A DNA stretch of 64,000 nt from Abditibacterium sp. (GCA_965199495.1 CBDASK010000003.1:4288001-4352000); one strand, 5' to 3'. Counted from the first letter of the stretch, positions 1 to 10,123 are shown. The notes: generated by a model not told the origin, from the sequence alone. Program-made: numbers and translations.

Positions 1-118
1 AGTCCTGCCAAAATTAAACGGCCCTGCTCGGATGTGCAGATCGCGTCCACGCGATCCTGCGCGGCGGACATCAGTTCTTGAAGGTTAAAGGGTTTCATAA
101 GTGGAACCGGATTTGTGG

Positions 119-472
119 TTATTCCGCGCTTTCTCCCGTCATGGCGCAGAATTGCTCCCAGTTCGTGAACCCCATCTCTTTGAACTCCGCGATGTCGAGC
201 AGGTAGGTGTTTTCGCTCACGATATGATCGGCCATGAAAACCGCCATTTTCGCCTCGCGAAAGGCTTTGACACAGTCGTTTTTCGCGCGATCAAGGACGA
301 TCTGTGGGTATTGCCGACCTTCATCAGCAGTGGACTCGTTGTGTTTCAGATACTCATCGAGTGAAGCTTGGGCTTGTTGCGCTTGAGTTTCACATCGTTT
401 TGACTGAAAAAGAAACGCTTTGCGCAGCTCTATGCCGGTAAATGAGAATAGAATACCTTTTATTGGGTTCAT
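119..472 (-). CDS. hypothetical protein of integrated element
   Basis: 117-aa ORF in a tightly packed minus-strand run of small ORFs; no recognisable motif. Confidence 0.6.
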   Translation of the reverse strand: MNPIKGILFSFTGIELRKAFLFQSKRCETQAQQAQASLDEYLKHNESTADEGRQYPQIVLDRAKNDCVKAFREAKMAVFMADHIVSENTYLLDIAEFKEMGFTNWEQFCAMTGESAE

Positions 473-500
473 GATGATGTGTTTTGGAACGCTTGATTCG

Positions 501-725
501 TTACGTAACTATTTGAAATGGGGATGGCGCAGAAGCAGCCACGGCGGAGATGTGGCGCGAGGGCGTCGCCGTGGCTGCTCCCTCGCGCCTGGCGTCGAGA
601 TCGAGTTGCAGACCGTGGATAGCTTTTACGAACCGGCCTACACACTGGCCCACTGTTGGATCGCTGCACATCGCGTTCATGTCACGCGATGTGCAGCGCA
701 GAGTCGAGGGTGAAGCGGAAGTCAT
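501..725 (-). CDS. small hypothetical protein
   Basis: ATG overlaps the upstream stop (ATGA coupling). Confidence 0.45.
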   Translation of the reverse strand: MTSASPSTLRCTSRDMNAMCSDPTVGQCVGRFVKAIHGLQLDLDARREGAATATPSRHISAVAASAPSPFQIVT

Positions 726-913
726 GATTCACCGTCCCGTAAAGTGGCGAGCAGTTGATATGTCTGCACCATCCACTGCTCGCAGACGGTCACGCTTTCC
801 CAATTGCGCTCGATCTCAAACTGCTGACTCTGTTGCGCAATGGCGTCGAGTGCTTCGCGCAGGGCGGAGATCGTCTCGACCGTGCCGACGGATTGAAGAA
901 TAGCAGAGGTCAC
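722..913 (-). CDS. small hypothetical protein (63 aa)
   Basis: GTG start at 913 overlaps the excisionase stop (GTGA) and follows AGGAGG; 3' part of track ORF 722..1189. Confidence 0.55.
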   Translation of the reverse strand: MTSAILQSVGTVETISALREALDAIAQQSQQFEIERNWESVTVCEQWMVQTYQLLATLRDGES

Positions 914-1173
914 GTTGCCTCCTGTTGACTGGTGAGTGCCGAGTTTCGAGTCAGGCCCAGAGCCTCGCGCTCTTCCCACAGTTGAATGTTGTCCTCGCGA
1001 AAAATGCGCAAATTGCGACCAATCCGCTCGACCACAACAGTTCCCTGCGAAATCTTGTTGCGAAAGGAAGCTTCCCCGTATCCCAACTCCTCGGCGGCCT
1101 GAGCGACGGTCAGACCGCCTTTTCGCGGAATTTTCGCCAGCGAGGGAGATTTCGTTAAAAGTGAGGTGTCCAT
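910..1173 (-). CDS. excisionase-like HTH DNA-binding protein
   Basis: LTVAQAAEELGYGEASFRNKISQG...RIGRNLRI fits the HTH_17/MerR-like excisionase pattern. Confidence 0.75.
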   Translation of the reverse strand: MDTSLLTKSPSLAKIPRKGGLTVAQAAEELGYGEASFRNKISQGTVVVERIGRNLRIFREDNIQLWEEREALGLTRNSALTSQQEAT

Positions 1174-1310
1174 AGAAAAATGCGCTCATCGCGCGCGCAA
1201 TTCAATTTTAAACCACATTAAAACAAATTACAAGGGATTTAAACCAAATAAACAAAGAATAAATCACATGGTAAAAGGAGTGGAAACGGGAGAAAATGTT
1301 TATCAGGCAA

Positions 1311-1337
1311 TTATAACCCGTTAAAACAGGTTATAAT
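1311..1337. promoter_or_regulatory. inverted repeat overlapping a TATAAT box; candidate repressor operator
   Basis: TTATAACC-N10-GGTTATAA in the AT-rich divergent intergenic region; TATAAT at 1332-1337. Confidence 0.45.
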
Positions 1338-1344
1338 GAAATGA

Positions 1345-2085
1345 GTGAAAACACACATTGCCACCAGAGCTATGAGCCGTCAATCTCCTGAAGATCGTTT
1401 CGCGGGCAAGAGCAAACGCGCCCGTGTTCACGCCGTCGGTCGCCCGCCCAAGGAGGGCGATCTGGCGGATGTGCGCAAAGACATCCTTTTCGAGCCGGAC
1501 GAATGGGCCGAGATCGAGAACGCGTTGGGTGATGTCGGCAAGCGCGGCGTGAGTCCTCGTCTGCGCGAATTGCTGCTCGAATGGGCGCGTGGCAAGTTGG
1601 TAAAGCCGGAAGCGTTAGAGCAAAGTCTGCAAGCCGGTTTCGACGCCCAACTGGTGGCACTGGGCACCGACGCTTTCCGCGCGCCGATCCTGAGCGATGT
1701 GCCGTGCGGCCCGTGGGGCAAAGCGCTCGAAGAGGCGCCCTCGTTTGCGATCTCGCGCGACACCGCGCTCGAAGTGGAAGCGCGTCCCGGCGATGTGTTC
1801 GTGCGCTTGCGTGGCGAGAGCATGACCGGCGCGGGGCTTGTGGATGGACAAATCGCTCTGGTGAGGCCACTGGGCGACAAACCGCCACGCCGCCACGATA
1901 TCATGGTGATGCAAGTCGCGCGCAAAAACGGCGAGGTCGAGGGCACGATCAAACGTTATGATGGCACGGACGCGCAGGGCCGCGAGCGATTGGTAGATGG
2001 CGCGGGCGAGCCGTTCGCATTACCCGCTGATGTGACTTCGCTTGCTTTTATCGCGCGCGTTCAGGCCACTCTGGGACTGGTGTAA
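1345..2085 (+). CDS. LexA/CI-like repressor with S24 peptidase domain
   Basis: VPCG cleavage-site-like motif, RGESM (Ser), TIKR (Lys); divergent from excisionase; alternative ATG at 1372. Confidence 0.8.
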   Translation: MKTHIATRAMSRQSPEDRFAGKSKRARVHAVGRPPKEGDLADVRKDILFEPDEWAEIENALGDVGKRGVSPRLRELLLEWARGKLVKPEALEQSLQAGFDAQLVALGTDAFRAPILSDVPCGPWGKALEEAPSFAISRDTALEVEARPGDVFVRLRGESMTGAGLVDGQIALVRPLGDKPPRRHDIMVMQVARKNGEVEGTIKRYDGTDAQGRERLVDGAGEPFALPADVTSLAFIARVQATLGLV

Positions 2086-2187
2086 AACCACACGACCTGC
2101 CACGCGCATCTTTCGGTGTGCGCTTAGACCTGTGCGTCCCCGGCGCACGATCCGTCTGGAATTTGAAAACCAGAAAAAAGTCGCATT

Positions 2188-2670
2188 ATGCAGAACCCGT
2201 CCGCTCCCGTTTGGGAAAATGCCGCACCCACCGCCGTCGTTCCCGCCCACAGGTGGGGAGACAACCTAGTTGATCCGTATGCCGATTTGTGCTTTGCCGA
2301 TGGTCGTCGTTACCGCGTTCTAATTGAAGAAACGTGTGTCCGGGAGGGCGATGAGGTGCGCGCTCGCTTTGGCATGGAGGCGCGCTTTGTCGTGGATTTC
2401 GAGGTGCAGAGCGAGATTGTCCATCGCTGGCGCGAAGGCGGACATCCTCAAGGATTTCGCGTGATCGTTTCACTCGATGCCATCAGAGGCGGAGTGTTGG
2501 AATCCGTCGGTTACGGCGAGTCCTCGCTTTGTGGCCGCGCGACCGCATTGCTTTTGCTGGCGCGCCTTTATGTCCACCGATTCCTCGCGCAATCCGGTGG
2601 CGGCGGTGGCTACTCGCTTCACACGCGCCCGTCGCTTTTGTGGGTGAGCGGAGGAGAAGAGGACTTTTAA
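2188..2670 (+). CDS. hypothetical protein
   Basis: 160-aa ORF ending 1 nt before the parB-like start. Confidence 0.55.
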   Translation: MQNPSAPVWENAAPTAVVPAHRWGDNLVDPYADLCFADGRRYRVLIEETCVREGDEVRARFGMEARFVVDFEVQSEIVHRWREGGHPQGFRVIVSLDAIRGGVLESVGYGESSLCGRATALLLLARLYVHRFLAQSGGGGGYSLHTRPSLLWVSGGEEDF

Positions 2671-2671
2671 A

Positions 2672-3721
2672 ATGCAAACTCAAATTGAAATCGCGGATGA
2701 TGAGGAACTTGAGCCGATCTCTGATGCGTTCCTGTTCCCAATCGAACGTATCGTTCCGCAGATTGACCAACCCCGCTCAACAATCAAGGAAGAATCCATT
2801 GATAACATTGCGACCTCCATTCGTAATGGCCTGGGCAAACGTGTGGCGGGAACCGGGCTAATTCATCCCTTGCTGGTGCGCTGGGTCGCCGGTGCCATCC
2901 AATCCAACGGACAACCCAAGAAAAATGCGCGCGTCGAGATTGTCGCGGGTGAGACGCGTTACTGGGCTTGTAAAAAGGTTGGCCTGACTCATGTGCCCGT
3001 TATTATCTCCGATCAAGACAGCGAGGAAGCTTACGAAGACGCGTTGATCGAGAATATCCTGCGCGGCGACCTCCCACCGGAAAAAGAAGGGCAAGGGTTT
3101 TTGCACCTGAAAAACAAATTGGGACTAACAACAGAGAAGCTGGCTGTTCGCCTTTACGGAGACATCTCGCGCGTGGGCTATATCAACAATCGCCTCGATA
3201 TGACTCGCCTGAATCCCATCGTGCAGCAGTTGGTCAGCAAACGCGAGGATTCGATGACCGCCGCGCGGCGCATCCAGACCCTCAAAAATGAAAGCACGCA
3301 AAAAGAGTTAGTTGATTATATGATTAGTGGCGGCACTTTCAAAGAGTTAGACAAGAAAATCAAGGAGATCAAAGGTCAGGTAGACACCGGCCAGACGCCC
3401 GCCCAAAAGCGCGAAGAGAACGAGATGCAACAGAAACTTCGCTCCGCTTTTCCCGTCGCCGCCGCGCAACACGATGCAGACAAAACCAATTCGCAAAGTT
3501 CCGACGCTCCGAGCGAGACGGGCGATAATTCGCCCTCGCCCAAAGTCAACGCTTTGCCACGTATAGACGTGAGTGCGGCGCTGCAATCCATCGAAGCGCA
3601 ACTCGAAACCGTGGCGGATGTGCTGGCACCCATCGCTTTGCCGCCAGCCAAACGCGCCGAGTATCGACAGCAGATCGAGCGTCTGAGGGCAGGGATAGAG
3701 AAGGTTGAAGCGCAAATTTGA
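2672..3721 (+). CDS. ParB/RepB/Spo0J family protein
   Basis: DQPR, IHPLLVR, IVAGETRYWA, ALIENILRGDL motifs. Confidence 0.9.
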   Translation: MQTQIEIADDEELEPISDAFLFPIERIVPQIDQPRSTIKEESIDNIATSIRNGLGKRVAGTGLIHPLLVRWVAGAIQSNGQPKKNARVEIVAGETRYWACKKVGLTHVPVIISDQDSEEAYEDALIENILRGDLPPEKEGQGFLHLKNKLGLTTEKLAVRLYGDISRVGYINNRLDMTRLNPIVQQLVSKREDSMTAARRIQTLKNESTQKELVDYMISGGTFKELDKKIKEIKGQVDTGQTPAQKREENEMQQKLRSAFPVAAAQHDADKTNSQSSDAPSETGDNSPSPKVNALPRIDVSAALQSIEAQLETVADVLAPIALPPAKRAEYRQQIERLRAGIEKVEAQI

Positions 3722-3730
3722 GCAAACATA

Positions 3731-5614
3731 ATGAAAATTAAAATAAAGGAACTTAAGGGCAATAAAGAAAAAGTTCGCCGCGTAGTAATATATAGCAGAG
3801 TTTCAACGGATGCTCAAGCCGACAATACCTCTCTGGCGGGCCAATACGAACTCTGCAAGCGGCGCGCGGCAGAAATGGGCGCTCTGGCCGTAAACGTGTT
3901 CGAGGAGACCCAAAGCGGCGGATTGTATCTCTCGCGCACTCAGCTTCAAGCGGCCCTCGCCGTCATCGAGGCCAAAGAGGCCGATATTTTGATGATGGCG
4001 CGCCTTGATCGCACCGGGCGCGACGTGTCGGCGCTGCGCGACATCAAGCGCCGCGTCGAAGCAGCAGGCGGCGAGTTGGTGTTCGCCGATGGCGTTCAGT
4101 TCGAGAAAAACGCCGTCGGCACGCTCATGTTCACCCAGCTCAGCGCCTTCGCTGAGTTCGAGCGCGAGGTGATTCGCGAGCGCACCGTGGCTGGTCTGGA
4201 GCGCACCGCGCGCGCTGGCAGGATGCCGACCCGCTCGCGCACGCCCTACGCTTATCATCTGTGGACGAACGCCGATTGTCTGCGCGGCGACTGCACGCCC
4301 GATCAGGTCGGCACCTACTCGATTTTGGACGGCGAGTCGAATTGGATACCACCGATTTACGAACGTTTGGCGCAGGGGCAATCGATTCGTAGCATCGCCA
4401 AATGGCTGACCGAGCAGGGCGCACCGACGCGGCGTGGCGGCGCTTGGAACCCGATCACGGTCTACAAAATTGCGCGCAACTCAATCTACAAGGGCGAAGC
4501 GACCTGGCGCAAAACGCGCCGCGTCGTCGATGAGACGCGCGCGGAACGTGGCATGGACATCAAGCAGATCGTGGCGCGCCCGCGCGAGGAATGGGTTATC
4601 ATCCCGGCGCCGCCGATCGTCGAATCCGAGCTGTGGGGCAGAGCCAACGCTTCGCTCGATGAAGGTCGTAGCGCGCGCTCTGGCCCATCCAAAGGGCGCT
4701 ACTTTTTGACGGGTTTGCTCTGGTGTCCTCTGTGCGGCGCGCGCATGAACTCGATGGCCCAAATCTCCAGCCGCCGTTTGAAAGACGGCTCGCTGAAAAC
4801 CTACTCCGGTTATACCTGCCGCGACCGACTGGAACATATTCCGGGCAAGCCCGCGCGTTGCGATCTGCCGCGTTTGACCGGCGTTTTGCTGGAACAGATG
4901 GTTTTATCTGCGATTGAGGTTCTATTTACAGCGCCGCAGATGCTGGAACTCGCTCATAACGCCTGGCAAGATCAAGTCGCCTCGTCGCACGACGAGGCGG
5001 GCGACAAACGCGAGTTAGGGCGCCTCGAACGCCAGATCGCCACTCAGCTTCAGCGCGAATCCATCGCCGCCGATGCGGCCATCCGCGCCATCATGAACGG
5101 AGGCGATGGGCAAAGCTACGAAAAAGCGCGCGCCGAGAGTGAGCGCGCGCGCATTGGTCTTCAAAGCCAAGTCGCAACCATCGCGGCGCGCGCGCGCGCC
5201 GCTTCCTTCGAGTTGCCTTCCGTCGAGTTCGATCCAGCCTCTCTTGAAGTTCTGCGCTCGCCCGAAATCGCGCCCGACGTGCGCGGCGGCGTGCTTCGAC
5301 TTTTGACTCACACCATATATCCCGTTGTTTTACCGGATGAACTGCGCCAAAGTTCCAAAGCCCGACGCGAAAACCGGGAAACGGCTCTCGCACCGGGTAA
5401 ATTGGGCGGCGTTGACATCATTCTGGAACCGGCGCCGGAGGATGGCCCTTTCTACGTTCTCTCTCATCGAATCGTCGGCTGGAATGAATCAACGGACAAA
5501 TGGAAGCGCGTTTGCCTGAGACCACAGTGGGAAACCTCGCTTAAAATCGTCCGCGAATTAGAGCAACCGGCCAAACGTGGAAGAGCCTCTTTCGCGGATC
5601 GCGCTGACATTTAA
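3731..5614 (+). CDS. large serine recombinase (integrase)
   Basis: YSRVST catalytic motif, RLDRTGR, AEFEREVIRERT, recombinase domain, LTGLLWCPLCG zinc ribbon. Confidence 0.93.
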   Translation: MKIKIKELKGNKEKVRRVVIYSRVSTDAQADNTSLAGQYELCKRRAAEMGALAVNVFEETQSGGLYLSRTQLQAALAVIEAKEADILMMARLDRTGRDVSALRDIKRRVEAAGGELVFADGVQFEKNAVGTLMFTQLSAFAEFEREVIRERTVAGLERTARAGRMPTRSRTPYAYHLWTNADCLRGDCTPDQVGTYSILDGESNWIPPIYERLAQGQSIRSIAKWLTEQGAPTRRGGAWNPITVYKIARNSIYKGEATWRKTRRVVDETRAERGMDIKQIVARPREEWVIIPAPPIVESELWGRANASLDEGRSARSGPSKGRYFLTGLLWCPLCGARMNSMAQISSRRLKDGSLKTYSGYTCRDRLEHIPGKPARCDLPRLTGVLLEQMVLSAIEVLFTAPQMLELAHNAWQDQVASSHDEAGDKRELGRLERQIATQLQRESIAADAAIRAIMNGGDGQSYEKARAESERARIGLQSQVATIAARARAASFELPSVEFDPASLEVLRSPEIAPDVRGGVLRLLTHTIYPVVLPDELRQSSKARRENRETALAPGKLGGVDIILEPAPEDGPFYVLSHRIVGWNESTDKWKRVCLRPQWETSLKIVRELEQPAKRGRASFADRADI

Positions 5615-5730
5615 ACTCGGAAACTGTTTCCTCAATGCCGATTGAAGAAATCGTCGGCAAGATGCTGCGCGGCGCGGGCGTGGTGAAATAGCAAACGAGA
5701 TGTGACAATACATCAACTAACAAAGCCGAT

Positions 5731-8424
5731 ATGGAACCTAAAACCAACTTATTTGAATACCAGACGGGACTTGATCGCAAAGATTTATCGCCAGATCTTC
5801 TCAGCCGCAGTCCATTAGCTCGTCAATTGGCCCTTGCACTACAACATCAAAATAGAAATACATCAACCGTGACAGGCCTTTCAGGCGAATGGGGAAGTGG
5901 AAAATCATGGGTCATTGCTAAGGCTTGCCAACAATTAGAAGCAGATTATAGGAATTCACTGAAAGTTCCGGAGTTGGTGCTCGAAAATAATCCACCTTCT
6001 ACTCCTTACTCTTTCGAGTTTGAAGTTTGGCAGTGGAGTGGCACCGACGGACTCGTGTCGCAGTTCTTTGACCAGTTGGCGGAAGCGATTCGCCAAGTTG
6101 AGGATGATGAGGCGGAGAGAAAACGTTCTCTATCGAAAAAATGGTGGCACCGTTTTATTCCTCTAATTCGCTCTATACGTAGAAAGTGTGCTTTTGCCTC
6201 GACTTCTAAAAATCTCGAAGCCTATTCTGCACGCCTCGCTGTTCACTCAACCTTTCTCAGTGGTTATCAAAAGATTGCCACAGGTTTTGTCGCGCTATTC
6301 ACTTTGTTCAATCTGGCAATCGGAGACTCATTCTCTGTTTTAATAAAGGCCATCGCAGCAGCATTTATCATTGTGAGTAGCGGTTTGATCTTCTTGGCTG
6401 ATGTCTTTGCTAAGCAAGCAGATGCCAAAAAGAAGTGGATAGAGGCCAACCAGAAAACTCCGCGTCAACTCAAAGAAGATATAAAAAGTCAATTACGCGA
6501 ACTTCCACGCCCCATCGTGATAGTCTTGGATGATCTGGATCGGTTGACGGCTTCAGAAATTGCCCAAGTGTTTCAATTGGTGAAAACGCAAGCGGATTTT
6601 CCAAACATTCATTATTTGTTGGGCTTTGATCGCAGATTAATAGCAGCTGCTTTGGAGAAAGATGCCCCTAACTTACCGATTAATGGACTTCCTCGTGATA
6701 GTGGACATCATTTTCTCGAAAAAATTGTCCCAGTTATTTTCAACCTGACTTCAATAAACGATGAAGATTTGAGCGAAATTCTACGCGAAAATTTGAGCAA
6801 GAATACTGAACTTCCAATTGGTCAAAACAGCCGATGGGATTATATGTGGACGAATATCCTTAAGTTTTATTTTACAAATTTGCGCGACTTGGAGCGATTC
6901 GAGAACTCGCTGGTCTTCAACAGATATCTTATTAGCGGAATAGGCGAAAGCATGGATGTAGATGTCTTTGACTTCATTGGAATCGAGACTCTACGCTTAT
7001 TTGAACCAGAGGTTTATACGCGCCTCGTCCGGAGTAGAGAATTATTGACTAAGGATCGTGCGCTCGAAAGACAATTACAACAGACAAACTCCTCTAGTTC
7101 TGAGTCCGAAGTTATTAATGAAATGCGCCAGAAACTTACCAAAGACGAAATAACCGTAACCGAAATCTGTAATTTAGCCATTAAAAAAGAGAACCAAGAA
7201 GCGGTTCGACGATTGATTTGTCACCTATTCCCTGAGATAGGTAGAATGGGGAAGCCAAATGATTTTCAACGAATCTACTCAGATACGGCTTGCCCAGTTT
7301 ATGCAGCAAGAGTGAGTAATCCAGAATCATTCCGTCGCTTCTTTCGTTATTCGCTTGCCCCCAATGAATGGTCAGCGCAGGAAGTTTCGGAAGTGATGAA
7401 GAAAATATCAGATCCAGCGCTTTTCTCTCAAATTTTTCAGGATGTAGCGAACGGGAAAGAATATCCTAAACAGCGACCAGAAAGTGAGGTGGCTGACGAA
7501 AAATTCTTTTGGCCTGATACTCTTTCTCTCTGTTCTTTGGTTGGATCACGAGTGTCAAATTCTCCTTTTGCTGTAAATGCTTCCCAAATAAATAAGCAGG
7601 AAAAAGCGGCACACTCTTTGTTGCACGCCGGAATGATAATCCCTGCCAACCCGCATTCACTGATCAAACAAGATTTGGAAAGGAATTTTGGTCGTTACGC
7701 ACATCGCGCTCTCCTCTCGATTGAGGACAGTGCAGCACGAGAAGAATCTACGCTGATAGTTATCAACTCTTCAAAAGAAACTTTTGCTTCAAACATCGAA
7801 TTGGTTCAACACGAGATTGGTTGGCATAATCAATCTCGTGTTGAGAGAGACCGCTCCTTGCTGTTGAGTCCAGAGAGTCTTAAGCAGGCCAAAATTCTCG
7901 TAGCAGGGCAAACACAACTTGCATTGGAAAACTCCGCCGACGTTTGGCAAAGGCCTCAAGCGCGCATCTATTTGGAAATGATTGAGATTTGGGAAGACAA
8001 GACTATCAAAGATCGAAACAATAGGATGTTAGACGCAATGCTCTATGACGACGAAAAATGTTTTTGGCTTTTAGAAGCGTTTTTATTAGATGTCAAGGGT
8101 GCTAATCAAAACGCAACCAAAGTTCTAATGATTGACTATTCAAGTGTGAATTTTGATGGTGGAAATGGTATTTCATATTTCATTCCGCTTTGGGTTCTTC
8201 AAGATAGAATTCCACAATTGGAAGCTTATATAATTAGCAATATTAGAGATTCATTGGGTCAGATTAGCCTTTCAGATCAAATCTCATCTCCGCAATTTGA
8301 GCGTAGAATGGGTTGTCTAATTGATTTGAAAAACTACTTCGGTAACAAACAACAACCTCAAATTAAAACTTCCTTCCAAGAAGAATTAACCAAAATGCTA
8401 ACTCATCTTGCGCCTCAATCATAA
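5731..8424 (+). CDS. KAP family P-loop NTPase
   Basis: Walker A GEWGSGKS, two hydrophobic helices, Walker B IVIVLDDLDR, FLEKIV; visibly low GC. Confidence 0.88.
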   Translation: MEPKTNLFEYQTGLDRKDLSPDLLSRSPLARQLALALQHQNRNTSTVTGLSGEWGSGKSWVIAKACQQLEADYRNSLKVPELVLENNPPSTPYSFEFEVWQWSGTDGLVSQFFDQLAEAIRQVEDDEAERKRSLSKKWWHRFIPLIRSIRRKCAFASTSKNLEAYSARLAVHSTFLSGYQKIATGFVALFTLFNLAIGDSFSVLIKAIAAAFIIVSSGLIFLADVFAKQADAKKKWIEANQKTPRQLKEDIKSQLRELPRPIVIVLDDLDRLTASEIAQVFQLVKTQADFPNIHYLLGFDRRLIAAALEKDAPNLPINGLPRDSGHHFLEKIVPVIFNLTSINDEDLSEILRENLSKNTELPIGQNSRWDYMWTNILKFYFTNLRDLERFENSLVFNRYLISGIGESMDVDVFDFIGIETLRLFEPEVYTRLVRSRELLTKDRALERQLQQTNSSSSESEVINEMRQKLTKDEITVTEICNLAIKKENQEAVRRLICHLFPEIGRMGKPNDFQRIYSDTACPVYAARVSNPESFRRFFRYSLAPNEWSAQEVSEVMKKISDPALFSQIFQDVANGKEYPKQRPESEVADEKFFWPDTLSLCSLVGSRVSNSPFAVNASQINKQEKAAHSLLHAGMIIPANPHSLIKQDLERNFGRYAHRALLSIEDSAAREESTLIVINSSKETFASNIELVQHEIGWHNQSRVERDRSLLLSPESLKQAKILVAGQTQLALENSADVWQRPQARIYLEMIEIWEDKTIKDRNNRMLDAMLYDDEKCFWLLEAFLLDVKGANQNATKVLMIDYSSVNFDGGNGISYFIPLWVLQDRIPQLEAYIISNIRDSLGQISLSDQISSPQFERRMGCLIDLKNYFGNKQQPQIKTSFQEELTKMLTHLAPQS

Positions 8425-8446
8425 TTTTGGCCCAAGCTCATTTTTA

Positions 8447-9346
8447 TTACTTCACTTCAGATTTCTTTCCCATCACGCCCAACGACTGAAGCGCGATGCG
8501 CGCGGCTTCGGCGATCAATTTATCATCGCGTTTTGCTTCCGCTTGGTGGCGCGTGGTGTAAATCGCCAACACAATCGGTGCGCGGTTGGGCGGCCAAATC
8601 ACGGCGATGTCGTTGGCGGTGCCGTAATCGCCCGAACCGGTTTTGTCGCCGACGGGCCAATCCGGTGGCACGGCGGCGCGGATGCGTTTGTCGCCCGTCG
8701 TGTTGCCGCGTAGCCATTCGATTAACTGCGCGCGCGAATCGGGTGCAAGCGCGTTGCCAAGGGTGAATTGGCGCAGACTGCGCGCCATTGCTTCCGGCGT
8801 GGCTGTGTCGCGCGAGTCGCTGGGAATTGCGGTGTTGAGTTGGGTCTCCCATCGGTCGAGCCGAAACGAATTGTTGCCCGTTGAACGCGCGAAATCAGTC
8901 AATGCCGCTGGCCCGCCGATTTCGCGAAGCAGTAAATTGGCTGCCGTGTTGTCGCTATATTGGAGCGCCGCCGCGCACAACTGCGCGATGGTCATGCCGT
9001 CAGTCAAATGCTTTTGCGTGATGGGCGAGTAGGTGACGAGATTGCTTTTGTGGTAACGAATGCGCTGATTCAACAAGTTTGGTTCGCGCTCGCTACGCTT
9101 CAAAACGGCGGCGGCGGCTATGATTTTGAAGGTGCTGAGAAACGGAAACCGCTCGTTGGCGCGATGGCGAATTTGTTGGCCGCTCGAAGTGTCGAGAGCG
9201 AAAACGCCGATGCGGGCGTCGAAAGATTTTTCGAGCGCCATAAAATGTGGCGCGGTTTGGTCGGAGGATTGGGCAAACGCGCGCGTGCCAATCGCGAAAG
9301 CGGGCAGGGCGGCGGCGAGATGGAGAAAAGAGCGGCGATTGATCAT
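8447..9346 (-). CDS. bla: class A beta-lactamase with Tat-type signal
   Basis: STFK, SDN, DRWE and KTG motifs; N-terminal RRSFL. Confidence 0.95.
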   Translation of the reverse strand: MINRRSFLHLAAALPAFAIGTRAFAQSSDQTAPHFMALEKSFDARIGVFALDTSSGQQIRHRANERFPFLSTFKIIAAAAVLKRSEREPNLLNQRIRYHKSNLVTYSPITQKHLTDGMTIAQLCAAALQYSDNTAANLLLREIGGPAALTDFARSTGNNSFRLDRWETQLNTAIPSDSRDTATPEAMARSLRQFTLGNALAPDSRAQLIEWLRGNTTGDKRIRAAVPPDWPVGDKTGSGDYGTANDIAVIWPPNRAPIVLAIYTTRHQAEAKRDDKLIAEAARIALQSLGVMGKKSEVK

Positions 9347-9412
9347 GGTGAAAATTGGTTGCTTGAGTAAAGCAAAATAATCTTCGCTTAAACTCTGAAG
9401 TCGAATTCATTT

Positions 9413-10123
9413 ATGTCCCAACTCAAAGTTTTGCTCACTGGCCCATCGGGGCGCATCGGGCCGCATATCGTCGCGGCGTTTGAAGAATGTTACGAACTCT
9501 CGACTTTCGATGTCAAACCTTCGTCGCGTCCGCGCAGTTTCGTCGGCGATTTAGGCGACGTGGCTTCGTTGCGCCGCGCTATGAAAGGCGTTGACGCGAT
9601 TCTGCATCTGGCGGCGACTTCGGACGAGGCGCCGTTTCGCGAGGAATTATTGCCCAATAACATCGCCGGGCTTTATAACTTGCTCGACGCCGCGCACGCG
9701 GAAAACGTGCGGCGCGTTGTGTTTATTTCGTCGGTGCAGACGGTGTGGGATCATTTCGACCGCACCGAGGCTCCCATCGAAACCGAAATCAACGCGCCCT
9801 GTTCGCTTTATGGCGTCAGCAAAATTTTCGGCGAAACGCTGGGCGGCTGGTTTCACCGCCACCGCAATCTGGAATTCGTCGCGATTCGTCTGGGCTGGTT
9901 CGAGCGCACTGAACTTCTGGAAACCGACGCGTGGATCAATAATATATGGATTTCGCCCGACGACAGCGTGCGTCTGTTTAGGCGCGCGCTCGAAACGCCC
10001 GATGTCGGTTTTGCCATCGTCAATGGCACCTCGAAAACGCCGCGCGAAATCTTGAGTCTGCGCTCGGCCCGCGAAATTTTAGCTTACGAGCCGCGCGACG
10101 AACCGCCAGTTTCGGCTCACTGA
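9413..10123 (+). CDS. NAD-dependent epimerase/dehydratase (extended SDR)
   Basis: TGPSGRIG, HLAA, YGVSK. Confidence 0.88.
   Translation: MSQLKVLLTGPSGRIGPHIVAAFEECYELSTFDVKPSSRPRSFVGDLGDVASLRRAMKGVDAILHLAATSDEAPFREELLPNNIAGLYNLLDAAHAENVRRVVFISSVQTVWDHFDRTEAPIETEINAPCSLYGVSKIFGETLGGWFHRHRNLEFVAIRLGWFERTELLETDAWINNIWISPDDSVRLFRRALETPDVGFAIVNGTSKTPREILSLRSAREILAYEPRDEPPVSAH

Larger units (their letters stand above)
1..5614. mobile_element. end of an integrative element (prophage/ICE-like); the other end lies left of the window
   Basis: Excisionase, repressor, ParB and serine integrase cluster; boundary approximate. Confidence 0.7.

Noticed and set aside
722..1189. 155-aa ORF as a single gene
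   Set aside because: Its 5' part overlaps the excisionase in another frame; the SD supports a start at 913
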